Counted from the first letter of the stretch, positions 37,465-52,921 are shown. The stretch is DNA of 64,000 nucleotides from Octopus vulgaris (GCA_951406725.2 OX597820.1:14756001-14820000), one strand, 5' to 3'. A program made the numbers and translations. Notes: a model not told the origin generated them from the letters alone.

Positions 37465-37975
37465 GTATGTATATATATGTATGTATGTGTATATGTATGT
37501 GTATATGTATGTATGTATATGTATGTATATATATATGTATATGTATATATATATATATGTATATGTATGTATATGTATATATATATATGTATATGTATGT
37601 GTATATATATGTATATATATATGTATATGTATGTATATATATATGTATATGTATGTGTATATATATGTATATGTATGTGTATATATATGTATATGTATGT
37701 GTATATATATGTATATGTATGTGTATATATATGTATATGTATGTATATATATATGTGTATATATATATGTATATATATATATGTATGTATATATATATAT
37801 GTATATATATGTATGTATATATATATATGTATATATATGTATGTATGTATATATATATATGTATATATATGTATGTATGTATATATATATATGTATATAT
37901 ATGTATGTATGTATATATATATATGTATATATATGTATGTATGTGTATATATATGTATATATGCATGTGTATATG
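37321..37975. repeat. Long compound (TA)n/(TATG)n microsatellite
   Basis: Directly visible; source of the Y/I/M/C-rich ORFs here. Confidence 0.95.
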
Positions 37976-38696
37976 TACTTCTTAAAGACATGCTTTGCTT
38001 TTATTGAGCTTCCTGGTGTAGAGTAAGCTCCCTTGTTAGAGATAGGCCAGTTTTGTTCCAAGCGATTTCACTTCAATTACTTCTTCGCTATTGCCCGTGG
38101 ATAGAATCAGACGGGTGGGGGGTTGTGGTGATGTGTATCACGTAATCTCATTACCGTCTCCTTTACTCCCCCCTATTGACTTATGTCAGCATAACTAATC
38201 ACCCATTGATGGATATAGAGCATTATTAATAGACAAGCATTTGATGTTTAACTACTTGTTCATATATATTTGTGCATATGTGTCTGTGTGTATATATATA
38301 TGTATGTATATAAATATATAGATATATATATATGTATGTATGTATGTACATGTGTGTGTCTGTGTGATGATGTTTTCCACTAAAAAGTAACGCTACCACA
38401 GCTGACGTTTGCATGTGTGTGTTTATGACTATTTGTGTATATGTATGTGTATACATACGTATATATACACACATGTAAGCAATATACGCACCAAAGAATA
38501 TTGGTGAAGAATGTGTGTATATGTGTTGCCCCTTTCATGTCTGATTTGTGTCGGGTACGTTAGCGAGCGCCAAATGAAAATCTGATTTGGAAATCTTCTT
38601 CTTCTTCAAATCTATTCTTGGAAGCATGTATTTTCTTTTCATATATTTTTCTTTGATTCTTTCTTCTTCTGAACAGTAAAGAGAATGGTAATATGG

Positions 38697-38730
<34 letters not shown>

Positions 38731-38789
38731 GTCTTTTCTCTTTCTCTGTCCCTATTTACAAGTGTGTGCACACATACACGCATATATAT

Positions 38790-38907
38790 ACATATAAACA
38801 TGCAAATGTATATGTGTTTATATATTTATGCATGTATGCATATATATATTTATGTGTTAATGTGTATAAAGAAATGAATGTGTGTGTATATATATGTATA
38901 TATATAT

Positions 38908-38957
<50 letters not shown>

Positions 38958-39044
38958 GAACATGCAAATGTATATATGTGTGTGTATATTTATGCATGTA
39001 TGCATATATATATTTATGTGTTAATGTGTATAAAGAAATGAGTA

Positions 39045-39060
<16 letters not shown>
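38790..39060. repeat. Tandem duplication, about 160-bp period
   Basis: aacatgcaaatgtatat...tttatgcatgtatgcatatatatatttatgtgttaatgtgtataaagaaatga occurs twice. Confidence 0.85.
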
Positions 39061-39104
<44 letters not shown>

Positions 39105-39456
39105 CATATGTATATTCATGTGTGTATATAATCAATTTTTCTCTTTACATACATATACTTTATATATACAAGTTGCTATTACATGAGAATGTGGGAATTA
39201 AATATGATGGTATATACTTGTTTATTGACCTTTTTCAATGGTATTATCTTTTTGCTTCTTTTCTGTTGATGCACACACACACACACACACATGTGTGTGT
39301 ATATATGTACGTATGTATGTATGTGTGTGTATAATCAACTCTTCAACTTGTCTAATGATTGAGTTTGATGCTTTTGAACTCAAATCTTGGTTGATATAAT
39401 TTTCTAAAAGCAAGCTAGCATTTTAGTGAAGTTCTCATGTAATGGCTTGTGATGGA

Positions 39457-39504
<48 letters not shown>

Positions 39505-41602
39505 GATCATCATCATCACCATCATTAAACGGATTTGCAGAAATGGTAGAGCACTGAATGAAATGCCGCCTGCAGTATTTAGTTTCTTGTCTGTGATCTA
39601 TGTTAAAATATTGCCAGATCCCCTTTCGATGGATCCTGTCTTTTCAATTGTGGCCATTTCAATTTACTCACTTGCTCCAGTCGGTCTCTGTTATATATAT
39701 CTTGTTTATAAAACTACCCTTCCTCGTTTTCTAATTTCAAATCCAGGGTAAGGCAGTGGCTGACAGTTGGCTTTGCTTCTTGTTCTGACATCCATTCTAT
39801 CTATCCCCACCAGTAAGAACCAGTCCTGTAGTTAATAAGGGATTGTATCAATTAATTACAGTTCTCACCAAAAATGTGTGTCCCTGTACCAATGTTAGTC
39901 ATTACATTAGAAATCATACCCTCCCCCTCATTATGTGTATGTCTTGTATCATCTTCATTACTGATCATGTATTTTATCTTTTTTTTTTTTACTTGTTTCA
40001 GTCATTAGAATGCGGCCATGCTGGGGCACCGCCTTCGAGAATTTTTCATCAAATGAATCGAACCCCTGTATTTTTTAAATTTGTTTTTGTTGTAAGCTTG
40101 CTGCTTATTCTATTGGTCTTTGTTGCTGAACCACTTAGTTATGGGAACATAACCACACCAACACCGGTTTGCAATCATTTGCTTAAGATCCATATTCTAG
40201 TGTGTCCCAGTCCCTAAGTGTTGTAATATCAATTATTTAACTTTTATTGTGTCTTTTTATATTTATTCATTTATTTTTCATTGCAACAATATCAGATCTC
40301 CTACATTTTGTCTCTTGCTAAGCTTTGTTTGGATGGCAAAAAATCCTCAAAGGATTTTCATATCTTTGGACTTTACCATTCTGGGAGGTTGGTGTTCTTA
40401 GCATTTTCTCTGTCCTTTTTAATTTGACTTATTATTAGTGTTGTTGTTGTTATTGTTGTTGATGATGTTAAAGCATATTCACATCAGCGATGTCGTCAGA
40501 TTTGTAACCTGTGAATTTGTAAAAAAAACACGTTTTCATAGCAAAACCATTTTTGTCTCTTGTAGACATTGAGAAGGATTCCTTACAGAACAAAAGACAG
40601 CATTTTCTCTTCTCTTTTATTCTCCGGCTCTCACTTCATGTGTTTCTCAGTGTTAATTGAACAGCTGTTGTTGTGGTGTTATTCCTAATGCTTCTCTGAT
40701 ACAAAATAACTTTATAACTTTCAGTCCCATCTTACACACAGATTTCTCAGTTTTCTGAAGAATCCCCCAAATTTTTCATCTCTCATTTGTTTCTTTTGTT
40801 TCACCTTCATCCTATGCTATAACCGAATATAGTCTCTCACATCTTTTTTACTTTTTATTTCCTCTATGTTGACCATATTTGCTCTCAAAACGCCTTTATT
40901 ACATGGTCAGTTTGGATAAGCAATCACAGACTCTTTCAGCATTCATTTTATTCCATTTCTTTTTTTTTTTTTTTATCTCAATTTCAGCTTCTGGTTGGCC
41001 ATGGTACTAATTCACATGGATTTTTTTTCTGTTTCAGTATTTGAGTTCGATATATTGAGGGGTGAGCCTGCTTAAAATGCTTCATCTAGGACAATGTCTT
41101 GTCAAAACTTTTTCCATGATGACACTACGACTCATATTTTGTGACACCTCTGACTAATATTTTTAACACTTTTAAAAGATTATATTAATGTTCTCACGAT
41201 TCCAAGTCTATACTATAGACTCTAAAAGGAGGAAAGTCAAAAAATACGCAACGGTTTCAGTCTACCAATTAAAAAACAGGCTCACTAAAAGAGTCTGTAT
41301 TTTCAGATCTATCGAATCCATGCTAAAATGTGAAGTTTGGCTGCAAACCAATTTAAAAATATCAGGATAATTTTGGTCTTAACCAAAATGTTGATTATTC
41401 CATTTTATATTTAGTCACAAGAATTTTGATGATGTAATGCATGCCAAACCATGTATATGCTCAGATTATGTAACACTTAAGTTCGTATATGCTTTTTATA
41501 AATAACCATTTCAAAAAAAAATATATACCCAATTAATAAAGTGAATATTCATATATAGCTACTATTGCATAAATCAACATACATTAACATAATCATTCAT
41601 TC

Positions 41603-41634
<32 letters not shown>

Positions 41635-42737
41635 TTGTATATTCATTCATATGTATACATGTGTGTATGTATATATATATATGTGTATATTCACATTATC
41701 AGTAAACAAGTCACTCTACTATACACATACACACACACACACACACAATACACAGTGGTGTCACTTGGTTTAAAAATGTATATGCTTATGACTTACTGTT
41801 ATTTCTTTCTATTTAATTAATTACAACTCAAATTAAATATGAAATATTTTTTTTTCCTTTTTACTTTATTTTCAATGATGTAAGTTAAAACTTGAAGTCA
41901 AGGTGACCAGCTGGCACAATCATATTAGCACAGCAGACAAAATGTTTAGCAACATATGTTCTGGTTCTGTAAGTTCTGAGTTCAAATCTTTGTCAAGGTC
42001 AACTTCATTTTATCAACCCCAGAGCAATCAAGGACAAATGTACCAGTCAAGTCCTGGGGTCGATGTATACAACTTGCACCTCCCTCAAAACATTGCTGGC
42101 CTTTGACCCTGCAATGGACTGGTGTCCTGTTCAAGAGGAATAATTTTGAATGTTGTGATCTTGGTCACTTATATGTCATGGAAAGTGAGAAACTAGCCCT
42201 GTGAGTCCTAGGGCTAAAAAAAAAATATTTTTTTAAAAATCATAAAGGAAGCAAATTGGCCAAATTGTTAGTGTTTGGATGAAATACCTTGTGGTAGTTT
42301 GTTCCCATTCTTTGCTGTCTGAGTTCAGTTCCCACCAAGGTCAATTTAGCCATTCAACATTTAAGGATTGGTAAGAACAGTATCAATCCAGGGCAGCAGA
42401 TTGGCAGAACTGCTAGAGGATTGAGATCTTTGGCATTATGTGTTACAGTTCCTTGTCCTCTAACAGCAACACCTGTGATGACATCGAACCTCGGACAAAT
42501 CCATGTATAGGGTTAGTGCACAATATTCTGTAAGGAGCATCAGGCTGATTTCCAAGTTTCTCTGGCATATATATTCTTTCTTGGATGAGGCCCTGGTCTG
42601 TGGCAGGATTACTTATTTGTACCAGCTGAATGAATTTGAGCGATGTGAAATGAAGTGTTTTGCTCAAGAACGTAATGCATCACCTGGTCCAAGAATGGAA
42701 ACCACAATCTTACAGTCATGAGTCCAACACCCTAACC

Positions 42738-43115
42738 CTGCGTTTCTCAACTGGGGTTCCCCTGAAGCCTGGGGTTCTGCAAAAGGTTCCTATGGGTTCC
42801 ACGATAAAGAAGAGATAAGCTGATGCTAATTTCATGATTGTAATATTACTATACATGCATGACATATTATTGGTTATTGTAATATTATAATATAGACATC
42901 ATCCTATCTAACCTATTATGTTATAAAAAAAAAAAAAAATTAACAACCATGTATGTATGTATGTATGTATATATATACATATAATATTTACTATGTGAAT
43001 TCTGATGAAAAAATATGAGAGAGATATGGTATATAATTTTTTTTGTGCAAGGGTTCCTTGAGACATGTAATTTATTTTAAGGGTTACGCAAGGGTAAAAA
43101 GGTTGGGAAACGCTG
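42738..43115. mobile_element. hAT-type MITE inserted in a SINE
   Basis: TIRs ctgcgtttctcaac / gttgggaaacgctg, exact 8-bp TSD ccctaacc (42730-42737 and 43116-43123). Confidence 0.85.
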
Positions 43116-44049
43116 CCCTAACCATTAAGCCATGCACCTCCACAATGCCATTGGTGCCAAGCTGTAATGGTCCAAGTTGGCTGTATTCCTTTTGAATGAA
43201 TGTTAGTGGCATAGAAAGTGGGGAACTTGTATGTATGGTCAACTACCAATTTCCCTCGGAAAATTCTTGCTCAGGCCTATACATATTGGTGCAGAAGATG
43301 CATTGACAGCCTTGACCAATGGAAGTCTTCTGAATTTTCAGCATCATTTCCTAATGCAATTGTTGACAGTTTTATTAAACCACAAATGCAAAAATAATGA
43401 ATGCCAGTAACATTTGACAAGAATATATTTTGATTTCAATATTCTATTTTATATTCTATTTAAAGTGTCAAGTTGGTAGAATCATTAGCATTAGAATCAA
43501 AGAAATTGCTTTGTAGCATTTCTTCCAACTCTTTTCAGTCTGTGTTCGAATTCCACTGAGGTTGACTTTGTCTTTCATCCTTTCAGAGTTGATGAAATAA
43601 GTACCAGTTATGCACTGAGGTTGATGTAATCAATTAGACCCCTACAAACTTCAAGCCTTTTGCCTATAGCAGAAAAGATTATATGTATTTTATTTGAGTA
43701 AGACAAACTATTAATGAATATAATATTTAATTATATCATCCTAATCTATTGTAATGAAGACAAGATTATCAGACACGAGTGAGAATTGTCTGTTTGTGTT
43801 GTTATTATATTTGTCCAACCCATGCTAGCATCAAAAACGAGAGTTAAATGATGAGGATGAAGTTATTAGTTGTAATGGATATTTTTTGAGTCACAACTTC
43901 TGAAGATGCATGATTAATAACTGATTTTTGAACATTGTGGATATCTGCAACAAAATGTGGAGGTCATTCAAACCGTTATTGATCAAGGCAGCCACAAAAA
44001 AAGAAGAAAAAAAAGAAATAGAAAAATAAAAGAAAAAGAGAGAAAAAAA

Positions 44050-44780
44050 TACTTGAAAGGTGGACCACTGTATTGACCTTTTGTCAGTGAAGAATAAGAA
44101 AATAACTACCTTTGAAAATTTGAATGGCATTCAACAGAGACACTACATGCAGAGTGGTGTCACACTGCCATCAAAAACCAATCTAAGCAGTTTGGGTTTA
44201 GGAAACACATTGCATGTAATAAAACTATACGGTTCTCTGAAGAGAATTGAATGCCATTAGACTGTCAAAAATCTTGTGGTTAGAGGAGTTGGAATATAAT
44301 TTATTCAGTTCTGATGTCATACAGGAAAAGAATTTCACCTAGTGTACATGAATCCATGGTGGTGGTCATGCCATGGTTTGGACTGCATGTCTGGATAAAA
44401 AGGGTCAGATCAAGGGCTTCATGAACAGTACAAACTTTCTGGAGATCTTGGAGAAGACTATTTCTTCCATATACCAGTCAGAATTTTCAACATGTTGGTG
44501 TCTGAAACATCCCAGAAGAATAATTGAGGAATTCATTAAAAGTAAGAAAATCCATGAACAGCATTTGGCCAGTGCAAGCCCCAGGTTGAAATAGAACAGA
44601 AAAACCTATGGAAAAAAAATTAGACGTGAGTATTTATGGAAAGAAAGCTAGGAAATTGAATGAATGATATGATTATATAGCCAAAAAAAAAAAAAGGGAA
44701 ATCCTGATAATGTTATCATAAAACTTATAAATTCAGGGCCTCATAGATGTTATTCTATTAAGGCACCCAACTAGATATTA
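44050..44780 (+). pseudogene. Heavily decayed Tc1-like transposase remnant
   Basis: Fragments HGGGHAMVWTAC (cf. Tc1 KHGGGSVMVWGC), MNSTNFLEILE, WPVQAPG*NRTENLW-like (cf. WPSQSPDLNPIENLW) and KLINS...PTRY*. Many frameshifts, TIRs not resolved. Confidence 0.6.
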
Positions 44781-47700
44781 ATAGCTTACAATCTTTTAAG
44801 TCAAACATTCTACAGGGTCAAAAACAGTTATGTGTTTTTTTTGTTCTTAAATTAAGTGACGTTCATTTTTTTGTGGCATTATTAATACTACCAATAACCA
44901 CATTAGGATAATTTATATTTTCATGTTTAAACTTTCATCATTTAAAAGAGTAAGAAGTTCTCTTTTCATTCATGAATAATTTGAATTGTAAAAGTGTTTA
45001 AATAGTCTGAAATAATTAACATTTTAATCATGGGTTTTTTTTTTGTCTTTAAATTAAGTGACACCACTCTAAGTAACCTATATTAACACAATAATACTTT
45101 CATCGTATTTTTTTCCTTTCACTCTGTTGGTTTGCTATTCATGATATATGGTTTTCAAATGTAACAAATGTAGTACTTAACATTCTGTAGCCATGTAGAA
45201 TGCTGGAGAACATTGGGCTGGGTGTTTTTGAGCTCAAATTCCACTGATTTTTACTTTACCTCCAAAGTCAATAAAACACTGGAATTAGTTCAACCGACTT
45301 TATTCCCCTTCTTTACAAAATATTCACCATATGCTCCAGTCAAAAGAAATCTATATGCTGTATTCATATATTATTATTATCATCATTATTATTATTACTT
45401 TCTTTTAATTAATTGCTACAGTCCACTGGGATGCTTTTATCTCTAGTTTTCATAGCATTACAAGAATGCCAGTCTAGTAGTGTTGCTATCCACACACAAT
45501 ACACATTGTACCTATACCATTTGCTAAGAACATTATATGTAATATTAGATAAGAAATGGTTTAAGTTAAAAAGAAGGAAGGTAATAATAATTTTCCGTTC
45601 TGAAACTTTTATTTGAAATTGATATTTACTTTATGATAATGTATCGATTTAATTTGATCATATTTAAGTTGGTGTATTAGGAGTGTTAGATAGATTGTGT
45701 TGTCATATTTGTTCCCAGTCTCTATGCTTTGGTTTCAATTCCAGCCGAGGCCAATTTTGCTGCAGGCTGTTTGTCAGTGTCGATAAAGTACCTGCCCAGT
45801 ACTGAGCTCATCTCTTCTGAAATCAGCTGTGGTTAGAACTAGAGAGAGATGGTCTCACCATGGTCTGTTACATCACAGATCATGGTGTCACCCCACATCT
45901 CAGTCTGGAGTTTAGAGTTCAAAGCCAAAGCAATATTAACTGAGAACTAGTACAAGAAAAATAAAAGTGAAATAATTATTTCTGATTACAGATAAGTTAA
46001 TTACAGGTGAGTTCACTACCATCAATTCACCATGAAAAATGTTCAAAAATAGGGTTTTTTAAATTCTTTTATTGTGCACTTACCTCTCCATAAACTTTCC
46101 TTGCTGTGAACATACCTTATGGAGAACTTCCCTGCTGTGAATTGATGGCGGTGAGCTTACAGGACATGATTATTTCTGCTCACATTCACAATAAAGCTAT
46201 TTTGGTAATTAACTTGTGCTGACAATGGTTAATTGAAGTCAGCCCTGATTGAGCAGACCTTATGATCAAAGGCGTTCCAGCCATGACCATCCCATCTGTT
46301 TATACATTGTTGTTCATTGTGTTCTTTATTAAGGCTGTAAATTATTATATGAGGCGAGAGGGAGATTTGGCTGTTATTTTAGCAGGTCAAGTGTCTGCGT
46401 AGATGCTTTCTTGAGATAGTGACTTTGTATTGGATGATGCTTCTGCAACACTGTGTAATGCTTTATGCAGCAGCTCTTTGTAAATATTGATTTCAAACTA
46501 TGGCACAACTCTGGTGATTTTAGAGAGGAAGTAAGTCAATTACTGGTACTTATTTCATCGACCTCGAAAGAATGAAAGGCAAAGTCCACTTTGGCAGAAT
46601 TTGAACTTAGAACATAGACAAACAAAATACCGCTAAGCATTTTGCCTGCTATGCTAATGATTCTGCCAGCTCATCATCTTCTCTTTTTGCAAAAATCACT
46701 GAATGTTGTCATGTTGGAAAGTTGTTGTAATTTGTCCATTGTATCTCTTGGTAAATATATTAGATTCATGGAGCTCTGAATAGGTTACATGGGGAAATAT
46801 ACTTCGCCACCTTAAGGATCGTTAATGGTTGGTTGACCATTTTCATTGTTGGTCAACAGAATTACAGAGACAGTAACTTCACCATCTCTGCAATGTCTGA
46901 GCGGTTTCCAGCAACAAGCGCCTAGCCCTAAGTATATTTACCACGTCTCCTCTCATGGATATGCCACAAAGGAAAGACAAGTCAATACATTCACAACATC
47001 CATATAGCTGCAGGGAATGCCAGGTATTGGCTAAATATAATTATATGTATCTGCCTTACAGTTCCTCTTCAGGATGTTTTTGAAGGGGTTACTCCCTCAG
47101 CCTTTTTTGTTTTGACTGCTTAGTAATTTACCTCGCAAAGTATCAGAAGTTTATTATTATTATTATTATAGTGGACATGGGCGCAGAACCAGTCCCATTC
47201 TCTTGCCTTTTAAACTTGTATTTATTCGGTGCAACTAGTGCCATAAGCCAAGTTGTTATCAGGATGCTGGAATTGCGTGGAGTTACCTCCTCTTAGATGA
47301 GTAACTAAAAAAACTGGAAAAGCCTCACCTGGGGTGTCTGAGTGACCTTTTTCAGAAAATTTTAATGATAGCATAGCATAATCAGCTAATGATTTGTATT
47401 CAGTTTATAGGTCTAAACTTTAGTCTCTATATGACTTAGATTGGGAGGAATGAGCTTTGGTAGGGTGGCCAGTTCCGGAAAGGCTATATACAGATGGTAT
47501 CCAAAATTAATTGATAGATTACAGAAAATGAAAAAAGAAATCCATCTGAACCTCATCACTCTAAAATGAAAACATTTTAATCAGTAGATAAAAATGAATC
47601 ATTAACTTATGTTAATTTCTGTCTGAAAGAAGAGGGCCAGAAAAGAAAAAGAAAATTGCAATTATAGGTTCAGGCATGATTATGTGGTTAAGAAACTCAA

Positions 47701-50029
47701 TATGCAACCATGTAGTTTTGAGTTCAATCTCACTGTGTGGAATCTTGGTCAAGTATCTTCTACTGTAGCCCCAGGTGACCAATGCCATGTGAGTGAAATT
47801 GATAGAAGCTGTGTGGAAGCTCATCATATATGTGTGTGTGTGTGTCCTTGCATTTCTTTTTGTTCCATCACCACTACCACTTGACAACTGGTGTTGGTTT
47901 GTTTGTAACCTTGTAATCTTGTAATGGTTTGACTAAACCTTTCAAGGCAGTGTCCCAGCTTGGCCACAATCCACTGACAGAAACAAGTTAAAGATAAGAG
48001 AATTTAATGGTATGCGTGTTAGTGGTCTTTATTGTATGGTGGGTTAAACCAAGGCAACAGAGAATTTACATCAGAATATCCGTATCGGACCAACACAGAT
48101 AAGAAAAATAGTGAGATGAGTTATGTTGTTGAGTATTGCTTGAAAAGAAGGGAAGAAATGTGGAATGTAAATACTGAAGTCAGTGGCAATGGACAGCAAA
48201 ATTGTTGCTTTATTTGTAGGGTTTTGGAAATAGTTGATAAATTTCAGAGAAAGTGATCAAGAACAAAAGCATAGCAATGCGGAATTTTTCTCAGAGAAAT
48301 AAATAAAAAAAAATGAGGGTATTGATTGTGGGTGGGGTCTTTGCCAATCATTAGCTGAACATCTTCATTAGATATATCTTGTACCACATTTGTAATTAGT
48401 TATTCAACTCATCTTTTACATTGCATTTATTTTTCTTATTCCACCCTAACACCCTCCTTCCTCTCCCATTATTATTATTTACATATATTTGCATGCAATC
48501 ATTCTTTAAATCTCTATTATATTTTCATTTACTTCATTTTTTTTTCCTTCAAATTTTCAATTTATTTTTGCATATAAAATGTCCTCAAGGCACATTCCTT
48601 TATAATTACATTGTCTCTTCCCCTAAGTACATGCTTCCTTTCTCTCTGCTAGAAAACTCTGGTCTAAGCATATAGACATGTCAATATTTTCCAATACATT
48701 CCATGTGTATTCAAGGAATTCCATTGCATTTCATTACATTATAGATAAACTCTCTTAAGTACAATTATGACATGATCTTAGATGGCAATGGAAAAGAAAT
48801 ACATTTAGTTTATTATTTTTTTCTTCCTCATTTCATTCTTGTTTATTTTCCTTTCATTTAAAATTTTCAAATTCATTTAGTTTTGTTTTTGTTTTAAAAA
48901 TCAATTAAAATTCTGCTTTTTTTTTTGTACTTAAATTTTTAGTTATTTTCATTTTAGTTTGCAATCTTAAAATTTTCACAAGACTGATAATTTTTTTTTT
49001 CTTTTCCTTTGACGATTATTTTGATGACCATCACAATGATGATGATTATGGTGATGATAACAATAGTACGCTGATGACTCTGTGATATAATTTACTATAG
49101 CTAATAATTTACAGAATTTTATTGCATTTCCAGTGGACTGGTAGTTGTAGAAATATATGGTTGCCAAACATAACTTGAAAGAGGTGAGGAAACCGTACAT
49201 GTACAGTGTGAAAAGAAAAAAGCATGGACTATTGTAAATGTTCAAATGAAATTGTGACTAAGCTTCAGTGTTCAGTCAGTGTAATATGTATGAGCAGAGA
49301 GTTGTTATAAAGCTCCTGAGAAGTACAAATAGTGAAGAGACATCATCAAATTGCAATGCAGATAAAGTCTTCCTACACAGGAAAGTCAAACGCCAATTGG
49401 CATTATTTTGAATTTTTTTTTTTGTTTTATTTTGTTGCAATTAACTTTTTATTTCCTTAGTTTTTGCTTTTTCTAGTGACATTATGGCTTTATTAAATGA
49501 TTTTAAACTACATTAAGGAAACACTAGTTGTATTGGTTAGAATTTTGCCCTTCTTAATAGCTGCAATGTTATCATTCTCTTCTTTCTCCCCCCCCCTCTC
49601 TTTCTTTCAGTATTTGCCATTTCCATTAAAGTGATTTTATGATGAAGTGTTAGTGCTCTAACTTAAAAATGTACTACTTACTACACAAGACACGAAGGAA
49701 ATATAGTTTTATATGTGTGTGTATATATATATATATGTATGTATGTGATGTGCTTGGTGGTTTTCACCAGTGTAGCAAGAACTTGACTGAAGAGTTTAAG
49801 TAAGTGTGCTAATTGCAAACTCTTTGGCATGTGAATTGTTAAAAGTATGTTTAACATTTTGCCCGTCCAAAGCATTTTCAGAAGTTTGCCCGAAATGTCC
49901 TTGCTTGTTTTCAGACATTTGTTAGCCCATGTTTTCGTATGAAAAGAAATCTCTATATTACTCAGAACATAAGTCCCAAGTTACTCTCGTGGTTGAAAAA
50001 ATTCAGCATATATATATATATATCATATA

Positions 50030-50373
50030 TGATGCCTTACTGGCACTTGTGCCTGCGCTAGTAGGGTGCCAAGAGCACCATCCACGCATGATCATTGCCA
50101 GAGAGCACCATCCAAGCATGATCGTTGCCAGAGTGGCCAACTGGCTTCTGGGCCGATGGCACGTAAAAGGGCACTATTCGAGTATGATCGTTACCACGTG
50201 TAAAAAGATTTGAGCGAGGTCATTGACAGTGCCGCCTGACTGGCCCCCGTGCTGGTGGCACATTAAAAGTACCCACTACACTCTCTGAGTGGTTGGCATT
50301 AGGAAGGTTATCCAGTTGCAGCCATCTGGTTCACCAGCCCTCAGTCAAAATTGTCCAACCCATGCTAGCATGG
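50030..50373 (+). mobile_element. SINE family 1 (partial)
   Basis: ggcacgtaaaa modules, ggttggcattaggaagg and ccaacccatgctagcatgga. Confidence 0.7.
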
Positions 50374-52084
50374 ATGTAAGAGAAATATGTCCTTTGTATC
50401 AAATGTGATACAGGCAAAGGGTTAATTATTGGAAACTTTTGCATACTTTTTTACAAGAGGATTTAAGCCAAATTATGATGTTGTTTGGTCACTGTTAATA
50501 GATAACTTGAGCTTCTGGTGAAGTCTTAAGTGCTGATAGGAGTTAATAGAATAACTTCAAGCAAGAAAGTTAAATTTGTAGAATTTTTTTTTTCATTTTG
50601 TTAAATGGACTAACACGACAGAAGTTTTTCTGAGACTTGTACAACTTAATGCTATTTGCAGAAACAAGCAGTTGTCTTTTACTGATGATGTTTGTACCAA
50701 GAGAAAATTAGGGTTAGGTATATATAATAGATGAAAAGACAAAAAAATTATAGATTTCATTTTACTATAAAAGAAGTGAAAATTTGTTTAGTTGCCACAG
50801 AGATTGTAAAACTCAGTTCTGAACAGGTATATCAATCTAATTAGCAACATCATTTTCTTCTTCAGTTTTAATGACTTTTATTCACCTTTTGTTTCATATT
50901 ACTCAAGTCTTGATGGTTTTACTGGAGGTTCTTAAACCCATTACAAACTGAGTAAGTAGGGATCAGAAAAGGGCTATAAACAGAGCTACTCTTCTTTAGG
51001 TTAATTGATTCTACATAAAACTAGGGTTTGCTTTAGCATTAGTTCCTTCCCTGCTTTATTCAGTTCAAATGGTTTGTGTGGTGTACATGTTACCCTGAGT
51101 ATTCAGTCTTGCTGGTGTGCTGTTACTAATTAAAAAATAGCAATGTCATTTTATATTTGTCATTTCTTTCAAACTTGAAATTATACATAAAAGAAATCTA
51201 GTTTTTATCAAGTATTTTGTTTTCTTAGAAACCTACTTCATTTTAGTTTAAAATTTACATTGTGTCTATCTAGGATTTTCTCTCTCTTTTTTTTTTTTTT
51301 TCCTCCCTTTTTTTTTCCTTGAATTTTGTGAAATTGGAAGGAGAAGTAGAACAGTAGCTGTGACTAAGTTCAGATATACTCGTATTTGATGTGGTAGATG
51401 TGAGCCACATGTTTCACTTAACAGTTGCAACTTGCTGGGGGCCCGAGCTCATCTGCCCACATTTCTCGCTTGGGTGTGGTTAGCTAGCTACTTGCTCTTT
51501 TCATTTATGTAGTAACATCTTTGCTGCATTTTCTTCAGGAATTCAGTAAAAGCAGAAAAAGCCTACCACGTGTCTTTTGTAGCTGGAAGTTTTTATTCTT
51601 TTTCTTTTTAATTTTTCAACAATTTTTTTTTCCACCACTGTCGACAGATTTTTTTTTTTACCTTTTGCTACCCTCAGAGAGTAAATTATTCTACTATTAG
51701 TATGGGTCTTTCAGACTTGAACAATTCTTCCACAGATTCCATTGAATATTATTGGTGGGATGTGAAACGTTTAGTGTGTGGGCATTAAACCAACATCCTA
51801 TCAACCAAACTCATTGTAACTAACAGTAATTTGCTGGTTGTAATGTTTGCTAATCAATTAAGGAAATTAATTAATAATTCAACAACTGATAGGGATTTGG
51901 GGAGGAAAGCTTATCACTGATCAAATCTTTATTATTTTTTTTAATCAATGGAAAGGAACTGGTTCCTTTTCACTCTTCTGTGATATTATTACAATTTTTA
52001 GTTTGAAGTTGTGGTCATACAACAAATTTGGTAAAGTAATTAGGGCAAGAAATTTCCATTAATTACAACGAAAATAATGTATTC

Positions 52085-52400
52085 TAAAACTGATATTAAC
52101 GAACATTCAGCCAAAACTGCATCCAAACTGAACTCCCCCAACTTATTAACACAAGACATATTACCAACACATTCCGACCACTGATGCGTTGTGTCATCAC
52201 TCCAATGACCTACGACCAATCTTGTACAAACTTCACCCAGATCCCTCTAGCTTATTTATATCTCTCCTCTTCTCGGCTTTCATATTGTGTCTATTGTCTA
52301 CAATCTACTGTATTCCCTCTCAGCCTTATTAACCATTCTTCTCAGTCCTTCCTTAAAATAATATCACTCCGTTGAAACCATCACCTTGCAAATTACTTAA
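52085..52400 (+). mobile_element. Possible CR1/Jockey-group LINE 3' remnant
   Basis: Weak resemblance (NHSSQSFL..ISLR*N) to the C-terminal SFxPRTxxLWNxLP region. Very decayed. Confidence 0.35.
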
Positions 52401-52885
52401 GAACACCAACTACATCAATATCAGTGGTTCTGCAAAGGCAATGAACACAACCTTTTCCTTTCCTTCTGATCAGACCATTATTTTTAAAAATCCCCCAAAA
52501 CAAAATCCTTAAAGATGTTCTCAAGTCATTCTTTTATCATCACAAAATACAAAGTTCTTTTTTCCGAGACCATGCATTCATGGTCTTGGGAAATGAAATT
52601 AAATGACCACTGTCTGAAAGAAAAATGCAATGACTGCTTAGAGTTTGGATGCATGGAGTTGAGTTCATTTACCTTTTACTTGATTGCAGACATGCTGGAG
52701 CACATCCTTGAATGAATTTAGTTAAACAAATCAACCACAGTACCTTTTTTTGAACACCTACTGCTTATTCTATTTGTCCCTTTGCCAAACCGCTAAGTTA
52801 AAGAGATGTAAGCTCATCACTAACACCGGTTGTCAAGCAGTGATGGGGAACAAACACAAACACTAAGATGCATACGCATAGATTC

Positions 52886-52921
<36 letters not shown>

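Noticed and set aside
37186-38061. Six overlapping 200-270 aa ORFs
   Set aside because: Translations of a (TA)/(TATG) microsatellite with no stops by composition.
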